A stretch of DNA of 63,408 nucleotides, filler included, from Salisapilia sapeloensis CBS 127946 (lineage: Eukaryota > Protista > Oomycota), in the NCBI GenBank assembly GCA_023334545.1. It is 10 parts of 10 records of this genome, joined end to end, with 100 filler letters (N's around TTAATTAATTAA, not from the genome) between each part and the next. Parts side by side here need not be neighbours in the genome. Positions count along the whole stretch, not along the records: positions 31,975 to 50,080 come from JAADVB010000325.1; 9 more parts are not named here. One strand, written 5' to 3'. Positions 32,542-45,921 of this stretch are shown in pieces. The notes beneath the pieces were generated by a model. That model did no database searches. It was given only the letters and a program-made list of their open reading frames with translations, and had not been told where the DNA came from. Numbering within the stretch: position 1 is the stretch's first letter; each line of letters begins with the position of its first letter. The translations under genes and the position numbers were made by a program.

Positions 32542-35506
32542 GATGTAGACTTAGTGGAAGGTAGCTCGGACGAGACGCGTGCTTATGTCTAGGGCGACCG
32601 AACGTCGAATGAGACGAGAATGGTGTGGTGACAACAGTCATATCATAGACATGCTGTATGAGGGGTTCTTGGATGGAGGTGGCATCTTTTTTGTAAAGAG
32701 ATGTGTAGGATGTCAGCGGAGTCACGAATATATGTATTATGAGAGGTTTTGCGATAAGCTTTTCTTATCTGTTACTACTACGACTTAAGATAGAAGCTTG
32801 TCAAGATGTGAGGACGCTCATGCGTGGTGGGAGAAGGCATTTCTGGGTATTGCACAATGCCCTTTACGAGGATAAAGAACTCTTGCCTTCAGCATAACAA
32901 TTGACATGAGAAATATTTTCGCGCATTGTAATGGAATGTATGCTCTCTACTGTACTGATCCAAGTAAAGCTCCAAGTATAAACAAAAGGTAATTTACGAA
33001 ATTCCCGCAAAATCTTGAAAGATATGATGCCGATAGTAAAGATCAGAGTTGTGTCGTCTGCAGCTAATGGACGATATTTTCAAAAGTACTGCTATTAACA
33101 AATAAAAATTTCAGGGTAGATAAGCAGTCAAAGACGTTATATCAAGGCGTGCGTCATTTGTGGGTGTCCATATCTTTGGAAACGATCTTACACTGGCAGT
33201 ATCACATAGCAATCGACCACAGCATCCAGATACAGGTTTGAAACGAAACTGAGGACGATGCCGACTGTTAACTTTCATAATGGGTTTGGTGGTCTTGAGT
33301 GCAACCAAGATAACGAGAATTCGAAATGTATCGACTGCGATTGCATGCATGTGGGCAGAATTGAGAAGAAAATAAAAGTGACTCGATCTATGGTTTCTCA
33401 GTAGTCGTGTGCGACATTAAATTTCTTGTGCTAGCTTCATTCTGCATAGCCTTTTTGAGATATCTAACCAAGATCAGATTATAAAAGCTTAAGAATTTCT
33501 ATTACCTTACAGAAATTCTCACACGAAGCTGTAATACATCTAAAGTGTCTGACACACCGAGCTTCGTATTAGGTGGCTGCCAATGGCAAACTACAATCTA
33601 CTTTGTTAGATAGCAAATGCTATTCATATTAGAAAGCATAAAAGAGATGTCACCAAGTATGTACTAGCTAAAGATGATATCAAACTCCATACAACTTGTT
33701 TAAATCATCTCGTACATCAAACGAAGTACGCTTACCTGTACAAGCACGTACTAGCTAACGAATATGCATAAGATAATCTGCTATGATTGCATATGCAGGC
33801 AAGTTGCGTGTCCATGTAACGATCGTTCTTCTTTTTTTATTTACTTACATGCTTGACAGCACAGGAATCTCTGAAAAAACAAAATTTCGTCGACAGCTAC
33901 TTCGAGCCTAATCGCACGAAGCATCTTTTGTGAAGCATCGGAGCAGCTACTATACGCAGATCTTGACATTGGGAATAACTGGCACACATATATAAGAACT
34001 TCATTTTGCAAGTGTGATCGTATTGTACTATTAAGCATGTTTGCTAAGCGCTGTATTATTCTCTCTTGTTAAAGCAAACTAACTTTTGGCTTTCTCCCAT
34101 TTCAAGAGGTTTCTGTGTCCAGAAGCTCACTCTATGGCGGTTGATAGTTACTTTCATCTAGATCTAGATAATGATGCTATGAAATAGACCGTGTCTTCAT
34201 ACACAAAATTGCTTCGAAAGGCTACAACCGGTATAAAAGAAGGGAACTCGACTTTGCAGGCAAAAAATGGATGCACAATTCTTTATTGATCTCACTTGAC
34301 GACAAGCTCAAGGTCTACATCTCTAATACACGGATGTGAGTGCTGGTTATTTAAAAAATGTTTCCACTTTAGCTTGACTCTCTCACGTTATCGAGTGAAT
34401 AGAGTGCATCTAGTTAATTGCTAATGATAACTCACCACATCCAATGCAACGTAGACAAATGATCTTGAAACTGGCAATAGCTCTCTAATTTGTAGTTTGG
34501 ATAGTGTAGAATAACCACCCTGGTAGTGGAATAGATCTGTGCCCAAACGGCGGTACCACGGAAAGTGTTTTGTCTCGTCACATGTAGAAACTTGGATACA
34601 TAATTTAGGATTTTGCCATTTCAATGATCGCTGCTTCTGTATGAACCTAATTCAGTTCACTTCCACAGTCGACTTTAAACACTCTTCAGTATCAACAGAA
34701 TGAGTTGGTAAATACATCATAAGCAAATTCTTAATCTGAGCAGCGCTTTACAACTTTGACCATCCAATTCGGGGCAGCATAGGCCGTGTTTGTTCATAGT
34801 ACACTCGAGAAATATCCTTCATACAATCGGTATCATGTAACCAAAGACACGAATTTCTAATCGGCTTCAAACTCTGATAGTTTTCCCTTTTGCAACAGCG
34901 AATATAGCGGCTTTTAGTGCTGGAAATACATATACAGGTCTTTCGATTGTAGAAGTTACCACCGTCCATTCAACTAACAATGAGCTTCTTGTCAGTCACG
35001 ACCAGTTTAACGACAGCGCGTATGTTGTTGATGAGCTGGACCAGATTGACGCATCACCGAAACATCTCCTTAGCATTGAACGATACCAATTTGAAAATTG
35101 TAGTCTAATGCAGTATTTGCCGATTAAGATTACCATAAAAGTGTATCACCGGCATGGATCGCAAATCTACTATGTACCAAATGCGCTTGTACACGATCTT
35201 TCTATCCATCTACTTTCCAGTGCGCCGATTTCAACTATCTCTTCGACCAAAGACCGTACGACGCTTGAAATCGACCGGAATTTCGGTTTCAACGGACCGT
35301 GCCTTTGGAAACGAAACCAACCTCACCCACCACCCTCTTCCATACGAATCCCTCCGTAGTAGCCCAGAAAGGCCATCTCCGTACGGATTATCAGAATCTC
35401 TTGATTTATATATGCCAACTTCGTCTCAGCCTCTGCCACAATCGAAGCAGATCTTTTGGGGTAGACGGAAGCAACGACACTTTTGAACCGCATCTCGCCT
35501 GCAAAC

Positions 35507-37240
35507 ATGGCACTATCTGACGTCCCTGACCTCACCGCCAATGAGGACGAGGTTCCGAATGAAGAAATGGAGCAGCGGTGGGCCAGCATGGAGCTCCTAG
35601 CGTGTGCTATCGTCCAGCTTTTGCTCGTGACCATTGCCTATCGCATCGACCGCCAGCGATCAGCTCCGATCATCTCTACCTCCTCCTGGGCCATTTTCCT
35701 CGGCATTGGTGTATGAATGCATACTCTTGTAGCATATATGCAAAAACCAATTATTTTATCTGGTAGATGGGAGCGCTCATGGCACTAACTTCGAAACAAG
35801 TAAGTGTCTAGTTTCCAATAGATGGGGGTAATTTAATACTGACGTGCTTGTGTGCTATGATAGCGTGTCCACAGCATCGGATTGGACCCACAAGTCCTTT
35901 TCCTCGGCCTCTTGCCTCCTATCATTCTCGAGGCTGGCTTCAATACCCAACGCAAAGGCTTCTTCTCCAACTTCTGGATCATCGCCGGACTTGCTATCGT
36001 CGGGACGCTCATCGCAACCTTTGCAACAGGTCTTCTCCTCATCTATCTTGGAGATCTCGGCCTAATCTTCCGCCTCACATCTGCTGAAGCCTTTCTCTAC
36101 GGCTCCTTCATCTCCGCCGTGGACCCTGTTGCCACGCTTCTTGTGTTTAAAAAGGCAGAAGCTCCTCCTTTACTCTTTAACCTGGTCTTTGGCGAGAGTG
36201 TCCTGAACGACGCAGTTGCAATCTTGATCTTCACCCTTTTCCAGAGCTTTGTCATGAGTGGAAATGAAGACATGACAGTCCAAACGTCCATTTCCATGAT
36301 TGCACAGGTTATTGGCATCTTTGTCGGATCCGTTGCACTCGCTGGTGTCATCTGCTACAGCTCTGCCTACCTTCTAAAGCATTCTGACAGAGCTCTGAAA
36401 GACCACCCGACGTACGAGATCTCCATCGTCCTCTTGTCCTCCTACTCTAGCTACGTTGCCGCTGACGCCACTGGACTCAGTGGGTTGCTGTCCGTCTTCT
36501 TCAGTGGCGTCTTCATCCGCCATTACCACATGTACAATATCTCTCAGGCAAGTGCCTTTGCCTTCAAGCACTTGCTATCGACCATGGCGTTTTTAGCAGA
36601 GAACTTTATCTACTTGTACTTGGGCATCAGTGTCATCGCCTATCGTAACCAGTTCTACTACGACTGGAGCTTCATCTTGGCCAACATTGGCATCTTGCTT
36701 GTTGCTCGACTCTTTAACACGTTCCCACTGTGCACCTTGTCCAACTGTTTCCGAAGCTCCAAGCAACGAATCCCGTTCAAGTACATGATCGTCATCTGGT
36801 TCTCTGGTCTGCGTGGTGCCATTGCCTTCGCCTTGTGTCTCAACGTGCACACTGCCGACCCGAAGCATGCTGCTATCATGAAGAGCTCTACCTTGTTTAC
36901 AGTGCTCTTCACCACGCTTGTCTTTGGTGCAGGCACAGGACCGTTGTTGGATGTCATGGGACTTTCCGGTAGCGACCAGTCGACCCCGAAGCGGAGGGCG
37001 TCGCAGTATAGTTTCTTAATGGGCGGTGTGCCTACTGGTGATGAAGTGTCGAGCGTGTCGGAGGCAGATATTCCAGGGCCAACACGTAACGTGCACGACC
37101 TGTGGGTTGGTGTGGATGAAAAGTACTTGAAACCGATCTTTGGAGGCAATCCAAGAGCGCCTCCAGGCCATCACACCTCTAGTTCGAATGCCCCTGGAAG
37201 CATGTACGGAACGACGAACTCGGTTGGATCCATGACGTAG
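35507..37240 (+). CDS. Na+/H+ exchanger, NHX/NHE (CPA1) family (introns 35711-35766, 35800-35863)
   Basis: LLPPIILEAGF, SAVDPVATL, LVFGESVLNDAVAI, WFSGLRGAIAFAL. Confidence 0.93.
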
Positions 37241-37296
37241 GTTAAGAATACAACTACTCAATCATTTGCTGATTCAATAATATCGGAGGTTACTAG

Positions 37297-39773
37297 TTAC
37301 TTGAAAAGAGATGAATAAACATAGCTTGTGTCCCCTAGTGTCACGGACGGATTGTCTTGTGGGAGGGTGCGTTGCAAATGACGGCGTAGGACGTTGACTG
37401 GATCCTGTCGCATCGTTTCCCATTTGGTCTCGTCGCGTAGAAACCTGTCACGATAGGAAGCGAGTCCTATGAGATCACTTTTGGTCCGTTGACGAATATT
37501 CGCACAGTGTACTAATAGATCATGTGAATTGACACTTTCCAACGTATCTTGCATGGCTTGATCGACTGTCTCGATTGAATTGAAAGCAGAGAGTGATCTG
37601 ATTGTTAAAGCACTTAGACGAAGATGGCTATCTTCATGTGACTCTGTGTTTGGACTGAGAATGACTTTTGGATCTTCCGTGGTAGCGTTTGATTTGCATG
37701 ACATAGCTTTGCTCTTGCATTTGGCATCATTCGCTCTCCAGTTACGTTGCTGCCATGGCGAAGCCTATACATGTTCGGTTGAGATAATCGATACTACAAT
37801 ATCAAGGAAACAAGGCTTACTGAGGCTTTCGCCGGTGTGTTGACTCTGTGCTGCGACTCTTCCATTCCATGAATGTGAGTTGGACGGAGGTAAATTTCTT
37901 TTAATCGTTGCTGATGACCTTCGTGGATTTGTGAAATGCGTTCCTCTTCGATTGCTGCTTTATCAGCGTCGATGAGCATTTGCATTAACCTTTTCTCCTG
38001 CTTTCGATCGGATACGGTTGCTGCCAGATCAATTGCATTCATAAGCTTAACCTTACTTAAAGATTCATTTGGGTTTGCTTGTATCCTCGCCTGCTTTCTT
38101 TGGTTGTTGTGAGCGATGAAAGCTTCATCGAAATTCGATAGTAACTTGGTTGTCTTCAGTTTTTGCTTGCAATGCTCATTCATAATGTAGTCCGTCGACG
38201 CTACCACAAATATTAATAAATACTGCCAGCAGCATGTCGGTAATGGACGAATTTTTCGTACAGAAAAGAATGCTAGAGTTCGCAACTTGCTCCGATCTAC
38301 CTTGAGCGTCTAGAAGAGTCTACTTTAGCCTGTAAGTATAAAATTTAGCAGTAAAACATGCTGTTTCGTCGTCCAAACCTCGTATTTCTCATGCATCTTT
38401 TCCTTGCTGAACTTGTGTTGCAAACGCGATGGTAACCTGGCAACTTCTTCTGACATGGATCGACATTCGTTTCGATCAATGCTGTCAACATTGAACTGAA
38501 GGCCATTGTACAAGACACTAACTGCGTGTGTGGTAAGCGATCGCGAGCGCTCCGCTTGAACTACATGATTGAGGAACGAGGATGAGGTAAAGAACGTTGG
38601 ATCGCGCTGAGAACTATCTATCTTTTGGTCAAATCGATGTCGCACATAATGATACTCGTCGTCAGTCAAATCTTCAATGGTGCTGATAGAGTTGTTCCAA
38701 GACGCAGATACAGCATGACACGCGTTTTCGCCGTCAGCGATCTTTTGACCTTCTATATTGATTTCGCCTGCAGATATGATGTCTGTATTATCACTTCTCG
38801 CTTGACCATAGAGACGTCGAGCAACCTCACACTCTTCGCTATCATTAGCATCCATAGCTTTGTAACTGTATTGGGTATTCGCATCTTGTAAATTCTTGCA
38901 TTCGCCTTCTTCGTTCGTTATATTCGTATAGTCTGTAGCATCAACTTGAAAGCCTTTAAGCGAATACACTTTCGGCAACGCATCCTTCTGCTTTCGTTTG
39001 TCGTGCTATGTCAGTATGTCAATATAAACATCCTTAAAGGATTCATCAGTAAGCAATACCTGCATGAAAGCTGGTGGGTGAGTTTGCTTCATAAACTTAT
39101 CTTGTAGCCTTTGGTAGGCAGATGGCCGATCGCCACCCTTTTTCTTCAAAACGAGCGTGCCAAAGTACTCTATAGGTTTACCCCGCTCCTTTTCGACATT
39201 GTCACAATCGGAATCTGTTATCAAGTCTCCATTTAACCTCTGAAGCATTGGAAACCCAGTCTTACGTGGTAAACGCTCTCTGTACAGATTTTCACTTACA
39301 AGTTGGGTCTTTCCAATTTCTTTGTTTCTTAAGCTACTGTCCTTCGCAACAGCGCATAAAATGCTGTTTACCGGTCCTTCTTGATGAAAGAGAGCTTCCA
39401 AAAAATAGATTCGGTTATGAAGCAACCGAAGTGGATTCTGGAGTACATTTAGATCTCGCAAACGCGGACATTTCGATAGCTCCAATATATCTTCTAAGCT
39501 GAAAAGTAGATTTGACTGAAGGTATAACGATTCGAGTCTTGTCAGTTCAATAGCAACGACGCTTCCAGGAAATCGCGTCAATTGATTGCTAGAAAGATCA
39601 ATATGTACAACATTTTTTAACGTCAGTACAGCTCCTGGGACATGAGTCAAATTGGAATTGCGTAGCGCCACACTGGCCTTTTGCTCAAAAGTGGCATTTG
39701 AGTCAAGCTCTTTCGCATTGATAACCATGATATCTGCACAATGATGAAAGTAGAAACGGACATGACTCTTCAT
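37297..39773 (-). CDS. Multi-exon protein with N-terminal leucine-rich repeats and a coiled-coil C-terminus
   Basis: LxxLxLxxNxL repeats (IDLSSNQL, LYLQSNLL, LNVLQNPL). The GTATTG...CATAG intron joins 39006-39773 to the 38325-38978 frame; further exons follow. The start may be ATG 39728. Confidence 0.7.
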
Positions 39774-39810
39774 TTAGATCACGAGAGCAAATACACCACT
39801 ATCACCAAGC

Positions 39811-42800
39811 ATGACAACAAAGCTTACGGATGAGCTCCCAGGACTACTAGCTGACTTAAATGCTATGATGGACAAGCTGGCTTTCCTCAGTAGATATCTA
39901 AACCATTCAGAAGTGCGTCAACTGTATCAAGAGGAGGTAGATGATCTGCAAGATACAAGCGAAGAAGTTAATGCTTGGTGTAGCTCCCTGTTGAAATTAA
40001 CGGACGCCGAGATGGGAGTTATAGTTAAGCATTTCAGCAAGCGATTCTTTGCTGCTCAATCTACGTCGCTGGAGAAAACAAAGTTGCTATTATCTCCACT
40101 GAATTCTACAGAGTGGGAAGCTTTACGACATTGCTCAGAGTCAACCTTTGAGATGATGAAACGACTTCGAGCTAGTCTGAAAACGGTCTTACAGCACATT
40201 CTTTTATTTGTCAGCCAAGATCGAAATATTCAAATGTATGAAAACCATCGTCACATCTCGAGATTGGTTTTGGATGGTATGTCGTCATGTGCTCTACTGT
40301 CATTAATGTGGACCTCTTTAGACGTTGTTCCTGCCTTGTTATCAGTTTATGAATACATGAGAAGTTGCGAGAATGGTGCCGGTCGTCAGGCACCTGAAGG
40401 AACATCAATAGATGAGCGTGAACTTATCGACTGGGTTCACCATCAAATCTCCAACCCAATGATTTGCATCCATGAAGAAATTAACAAGCACCAAAAGACT
40501 TCTAATGTCTTGGCGTCAATTTTGCTATCTCAAACAAAGAGCTTTGATCAGGTCTCTGACTTGGGAAAGATTGCGAATTTAAATCTTTTGGACTTGAGCA
40601 AATACCAAAATGGAGAGTTTGCTTCTGATCCACTGCTGGATCAAGTTGCTGATCATCACAGGCAGCTAAAATGGACATTATGCCTAGCTCTTTGTCTTCC
40701 AGACAGAGTACTACAAGCCTTTGCCGCAGAAAAAGAGCAGCAAAAGCTGTCGCTTTGGACACTGTTGAAGCTTTCATTAGAGGATCGACTTGTCATAATT
40801 GTACACCAAGACGTTCTTGTTAACGTTCATCAAGCTTTCTATCGCCAACTTTCTATGGTCACAGCTTCCACCATAACACAACCAAAGAACGCTGTCGATG
40901 CAAAGGCTAAAGACATGTCCATCCAACTACTGCGAAAAGAATTTGCTTCACAATCGAAGCAAGCCGTGCTGACTATGGCGACCAGACATGAACGTGATGC
41001 TACAATACTACGAATACAAGTAGCACTTAGTCTAAAGCTTTTACGAGCTCAGCCTGCATTTTGCGGTCCACTTTTGCCACTCTATATAGGTCTCCTCGGC
41101 TTACTTCGAGACGAGATAGAATGGTGGATGAGCCATGCCAGTGCATCATTTGAACTTTTACTTCCGAGTACTGTGAAGCCAAAACATTTACAAAGCATCC
41201 AAAGCGTATTGACTGGTTCTAGTCAGCGAGTTTGTGATTTGTTTTCTCACTTTCTACAACTGCGTGAGCATTTGCTGAGAAACACTGACGTAGTACAGAA
41301 CTACTTCCAGCAATTCTTTGACGGATATCATTACGAGACTTTGCAACAAGCTTTATCTAAACTACGCGAGCCTAGCACCCAGAGCACACAAATATCTACT
41401 TTACGAGATGAAATGTCTGCCTGGATTGAAAGAGTACTTCTTAGCATCAAACGCGGACGCAGGTTGGATGCAGAACCATTTAGGAAAGAATGGGATCAAT
41501 TGAAAAATAATTTCTTTGAAGCTGGTTCGAATCCACTCCAGGATGTTGAGCTTGCCATTGAGAGAATGGTGCTTCATTCCGCTTTTGAAGAGTTTCATCA
41601 ACAGTATTTACTAAAAAATTCGCCGCTAAGTGCATGCTGGTGGTTTTTACCTCAATTTAAAGCCATATTTGAAGAAACGATTGATACTCAGTTTGCAGAC
41701 TCGGTCGCTCTAGTTACTTGTGTGGAAAATCTACGTGAGGAGGTTGATGTGAATATCTCTTGGACGACCGTCGGAATAGAAAGAGATATAACGTTCATGG
41801 AGTTAGAGCAGTTGCAGCAAGAGATGGAAAGCAGCATTCGAGACCACTTTCGTACGAGTTTAACAAAGCTAATGGAGAATGAGATTATGATCTGGCGATC
41901 GAGTCGACCGGGGGTAGTCGCAGCAGCTCAAGTGCATCCATCTAGTCAAACGAAGCAGATAAAATCTAGCACACTATCTTTGGACTCTGATGCGATTTTG
42001 CACCAAGAGCTTGCTCTCATGCATTTCATAGAGAAATGTGGCTCATCCAGCAATGCCCATCTCCAAGATGTCTATGTTGAATCTATTGAGCAATGCTTGA
42101 CTCTATTCATTCACAACTTGCTTCCAATACGCAAGACGAAAGACCGCCTTGGCAACCTGGAAATTGTCGTGGAGCCTAAGATGCCCCTTCAGGAAATGTT
42201 AGAGGAAATACAGATTGCTCTACGTTGCATCAATCGCTTGAGCATTGCGGACTCGTCCACGATGTCTTCAGAAAAGCTGGCGCACGTCGTGGAATCAGAA
42301 ACGCGGTCAAAGGCTGTGTGTGATACGACCAATTCAACGTTTGAAGTGACAAGTGAGGAGTGGACTCTTGTCGATCGGTTCTCTCATTTCTATGTATCTT
42401 TCCTTGAGGATCACTGCTCGTACCTATCATTTGGAAGAGGTACTCTGGTGCTTGTGTACCCGGAGATTACTCAACTGCTTCTTGCGCCATCTCAGACCGC
42501 CCAGAAAACTGGAGGCGATCCCACGGACTACACAAGTGTGGATGGAATCAAAACCTTGCATAGGTTCATAGGAGATGATGGGATGATGGAAATCATCCAG
42601 AATCTGGCTGGAGTAGTCACCAAGAACACACAAGATCTGGTTTCTGCAATTGAAGCTGACCAAGTGGCATTGATCCGTCTACGCCACACGCTTCGAGAAT
42701 CGATGAAAGAGATACTGATGAGTATAAGACAGATGAACATGCTAGAGACATTCGTAGCTGCCGCGGAGCACATTGGCAATGCCCTGGTTATGATAGAGTT

Positions 42801-43320
42801 ACTGTCTAGTCCGTTGGTTTCACGACAACGGACAAAGCTGGAGGATGGTAAGTTGGTAGAGTTGGACAGGCACATTGAAAACGAATTGATACTCAGACTA
42901 CGGGATGAGATCAAGGTACAGAATGGGACATGGAAGTTAGTTACATCGGCATTTGTTGCCAGCTTTCACTCAAGAATATGGAAGCAGAGTCAGGTGATGG
43001 AGACAAATGCGCATATGATGGGCTATGCCGTTGGCTTTCTCTTTCGTGCGTTCCCGGAAAGCCTGATAGATGACGTATGTCTCAATTCACAATGTGGTTG
43101 CACTCACGGCCAAGAACGTTGTGTGCTTCAACGCTGCGCCCAAATGGCGTTATCACTGCATGCAGCAGACAAGGCACTTCCTTCGCTCAGTATGTGCCAT
43201 GCAATGGAAACGTTTGCAAATTATGTGGACATGCGTGCACCGTTGCAGGAAGTATCTCTGTTGGATAGTTTAAACTGCTGGCTGCCGAACTATTCGGAGC
43301 AGAGTTCCCGAAATGTCTGA
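39811..43320 (+). CDS. Divergent NCKAP1/NAP1 (Hem family, WAVE/SCAR regulatory complex)-like protein
   Basis: 1169-aa helical protein. The N-terminus KLTDELPGL...MMDKL and YTSVDGIKTLHRFIGDDGMMEIIQNL...IGNALV align by eye with NCKAP1 KLAEKLTIL... and [22 protein letters not shown]...IIGVIL. Confidence 0.6.
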   Translation: MTTKLTDELPGLLADLNAMMDKLAFLSRYLNHSEVRQLYQEEVDDLQDTSEEVNAWCSSLLKLTDAEMGVIVKHFSKRFFAAQSTSLEKTKLLLSPLNSTEWEALRHCSESTFEMMKRLRASLKTVLQHILLFVSQDRNIQMYENHRHISRLVLDGMSSCALLSLMWTSLDVVPALLSVYEYMRSCENGAGRQAPEGTSIDERELIDWVHHQISNPMICIHEEINKHQKTSNVLASILLSQTKSFDQVSDLGKIANLNLLDLSKYQNGEFASDPLLDQVADHHRQLKWTLCLALCLPDRVLQAFAAEKEQQKLSLWTLLKLSLEDRLVIIVHQDVLVNVHQAFYRQLSMVTASTITQPKNAVDAKAKDMSIQLLRKEFASQSKQAVLTMATRHERDATILRIQVALSLKLLRAQPAFCGPLLPLYIGLLGLLRDEIEWWMSHASASFELLLPSTVKPKHLQSIQSVLTGSSQRVCDLFSHFLQLREHLLRNTDVVQNYFQQFFDGYHYETLQQALSKLREPSTQSTQISTLRDEMSAWIERVLLSIKRGRRLDAEPFRKEWDQLKNNFFEAGSNPLQDVELAIERMVLHSAFEEFHQQYLLKNSPLSACWWFLPQFKAIFEETIDTQFADSVALVTCVENLREEVDVNISWTTVGIERDITFMELEQLQQEMESSIRDHFRTSLTKLMENEIMIWRSSRPGVVAAAQVHPSSQTKQIKSSTLSLDSDAILHQELALMHFIEKCGSSSNAHLQDVYVESIEQCLTLFIHNLLPIRKTKDRLGNLEIVVEPKMPLQEMLEEIQIALRCINRLSIADSSTMSSEKLAHVVESETRSKAVCDTTNSTFEVTSEEWTLVDRFSHFYVSFLEDHCSYLSFGRGTLVLVYPEITQLLLAPSQTAQKTGGDPTDYTSVDGIKTLHRFIGDDGMMEIIQNLAGVVTKNTQDLVSAIEADQVALIRLRHTLRESMKEILMSIRQMNMLETFVAAAEHIGNALVMIELLSSPLVSRQRTKLEDGKLVELDRHIENELILRLRDEIKVQNGTWKLVTSAFVASFHSRIWKQSQVMETNAHMMGYAVGFLFRAFPESLIDDVCLNSQCGCTHGQERCVLQRCAQMALSLHAADKALPSLSMCHAMETFANYVDMRAPLQEVSLLDSLNCWLPNYSEQSSRNV

Positions 43321-44519
43321 ATTAACATTGAATTGACTAGATTTAGAACATGTTATCCTTGGTGATTTAAGATGGAACGCTCAATATGAGTGTGATGCTT
43401 ACGATGGTCAAATGATGGTGGTCAAATTAACATTGTTGTCGTTACATTTACAAGCGGGTATCGTGGACTAGAATACGCATGCTGTCCTCTTTCCAGACAC
43501 ACACCTCTAGCTTCCTCGTTGGCCTTCCAGGTCGTCTCGTAGTAGTGATCCATGCTGCGCAAGGAATGAAATTGTCTCGTTTGATGTGGGAAGTACATAT
43601 AAAGTCCTAGATCGTATTAAACTGCATCATTCTGAAAAATTGCAGTAGATGAAGAAACGCAATGTGTTTGATCCGAGATAGTTGATGCACCATCCATCGA
43701 GAATAATTTAAAAGTACAGATTGCTTAGGGTTTCATTATCAGGATAGATTTCAGAAGAGAAGGATTGCCAAGTACCTCGGGAAGGTATACTTTTCCTGCT
43801 GTAAACAGTATGTTTCCGCAGATCAGGTACCGTAGACGAGTCGGTCCGCTTGATCCACTCGATCATGTTTACCTTCATCGTGGTATCCATGGAGCATGCA
43901 AGTTTTCATTATTCGTTCGATTCCGGTCAGCTCTTAACCGGATCGATCTCACGCCAAAATTAAAGAGCGCTCTATGCATGTGCTAATATGCACGATGAGC
44001 AGTTCATGTATCCAATGCCTCCCACTGTTTAAAGGGAACGAAACAAGGACGGACATTCACGCAAGATGATTGGAAATTTGCTCCAGTCAAGCGTGACGTC
44101 ATACTGAACAACTCTACGAACAGGTTGCCATTTCACCATCATCAGCTCATGCTTCCGTCTTGAAAAAAGAGGGCTCATCAGATGGAGCTTTTCGTTCGCA
44201 CACGCTTGTCCATCAAGGCATGACGTTGGTAACGCACCACGGCGAGGTCCGAGGTCCGAGGTCCGAAGCTTTAGACGATCGTCGTATTGGATTTCCACCT
44301 AACCTGGACGTGGCTGCCACCAAGTCGGTACCCATAACGAGCCGGAGTCCAACACAGCATCGATGTCTGCCACGCCATGTTGAAGTGGTGGAAAGATCCG
44401 CGGGAAGTAGTCTATGTCGCGATTGTACTTTCCTTGATACCAGCACGGAAGACATGAATGGTGGTGACCAAGTAGAGGGCGTAGCGGATAATAAAACCTT
44501 AAAGTACTGTATCTTAAAC

Positions 44520-45242
44520 TTATACTCGGTTGTCTTCGATCGGTTCGATTCGCCGTCGTTGGGACGACCGTCCTTGCTCCATATCTTCACTACGTCCTCG
44601 TACTCGTCCTCGACTTCTACTAGCCTCCTCCCTCTCGGCGACCGATTTGGGCACAGCATCTGAAGTGGATGTAGGCGGGTGCATCATGAGAGCGTTGAGT
44701 ACGCATGGGTATTGCTGCTGCGTTGCGTCTGGCGGGAGCTGGTTTAGAGTCACATGCACTACCGCTCGAACTGTCTGACCGCCGACATTGCTGTCCAAAA
44801 TCTCATCTTTCGTCAATGCCCGATGTTCTGGTAGTAATACTAGCGCTGAATTGAGTGTCCGTACGGCGTAGCTGCCGGAAAATGCTTTTCGGAATTGATG
44901 TCTGCACGTGGGACAAGTGCTGCGAAGTTTCAGCCACGACTCGATGCAATGATGGTGGAACGTGTGACTGCAAGGTAGGCGCACAAGGGACTCGGTGGGT
45001 GCTTGGGAAGCATCATCGGTCATGCAAATGACACAGGCATTGGATGATGCTGTAGGTGTGGTCCATTGGAAAAGGCTGTCTAGTACAGACTGGTCGGCCG
45101 GCGCGGCATTACGCAGGTGCGGCGAGATGTAGCGGACCATGAAGCGTACCCAGGACGGCGTCCGGAAGAGCTGGAGGACGTCCCGAACTCGGTTATGTCG
45201 AGGTGCGACATACTGAACTTCGACGCGTACGGTGATATCCAT
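44520..45242 (-). CDS. RING-H2 E3 ubiquitin ligase
   Basis: CVIC...LPCSHTFHHHCIESWL...CPTCR. Confidence 0.82.
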   Translation of the reverse strand: MDITVRVEVQYVAPRHNRVRDVLQLFRTPSWVRFMVRYISPHLRNAAPADQSVLDSLFQWTTPTASSNACVICMTDDASQAPTESLVRLPCSHTFHHHCIESWLKLRSTCPTCRHQFRKAFSGSYAVRTLNSALVLLPEHRALTKDEILDSNVGGQTVRAVVHVTLNQLPPDATQQQYPCVLNALMMHPPTSTSDAVPKSVAEREEASRSRGRVRGRSEDMEQGRSSQRRRIEPIEDNRV

Positions 45243-45921
45243 TCGATTGGGAGAAGTGCGGGCAGTCGGTCGGGATGGAAAATGAAGAAAAAAGCAAGAT
45301 GGAGAGCTTCTTCTTTTCTTCCCTTCTCGTGGAATGCCGTTTGGCCGTATCTACTGCGGAAAACAGCCGCGGCCTTTGATTTCCACGACGGGATGAAGGT
45401 CGCCAGATGCTGAAGCCCCTGAAAAGCTCCGTCCGGCTGCGAGCAAGTTACTCCCCTGCGATATGTTGGTCAGCCTTCCAAGTTACTATTCATTGAACGC
45501 GCATGGGATGCAAAATAGGAGCCATCCGTTTCTTATCATCAATCCGCTTCCAAGTATGTCTTGATCTGAGCGACCTGAATAAACTTCCAATCCTTTGCAA
45601 CAAGAAAGTATGGCTTGATCTGGAGCGTTAATGCAGCGATGAGCCCAGATGAAAGCGACAGTCGAGACCAGTTGTGATGACTGTCCGGCCTTGATCCTGT
45701 GAATCAGGTACGTAACTGGCCTCCAAGATTTTGATAGACCGCTAGACGGCCACTGTTTGTGCTCGTCTACCCATTACGGAGGGAACGCGTCCACTTTTTC
45801 GAAACAAAGGTCTCTCCTTGCACGTAAGTCCTACGTGTACAGCGATGACGAGAGTGACATGATAGCATATACACGTCGACCAACGAGGTCGAACCAGCTT
45901 GAACATGGTATATTATCAGAT

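Noticed and set aside
32800-35100. AT-rich region with short ORFs (also 47600-49770 and 62264-63408)
   Set aside because: No recognisable transposase, RT, LTR, TIR or ncRNA motif by eye. It may be degenerate TE sequence but cannot be supported.
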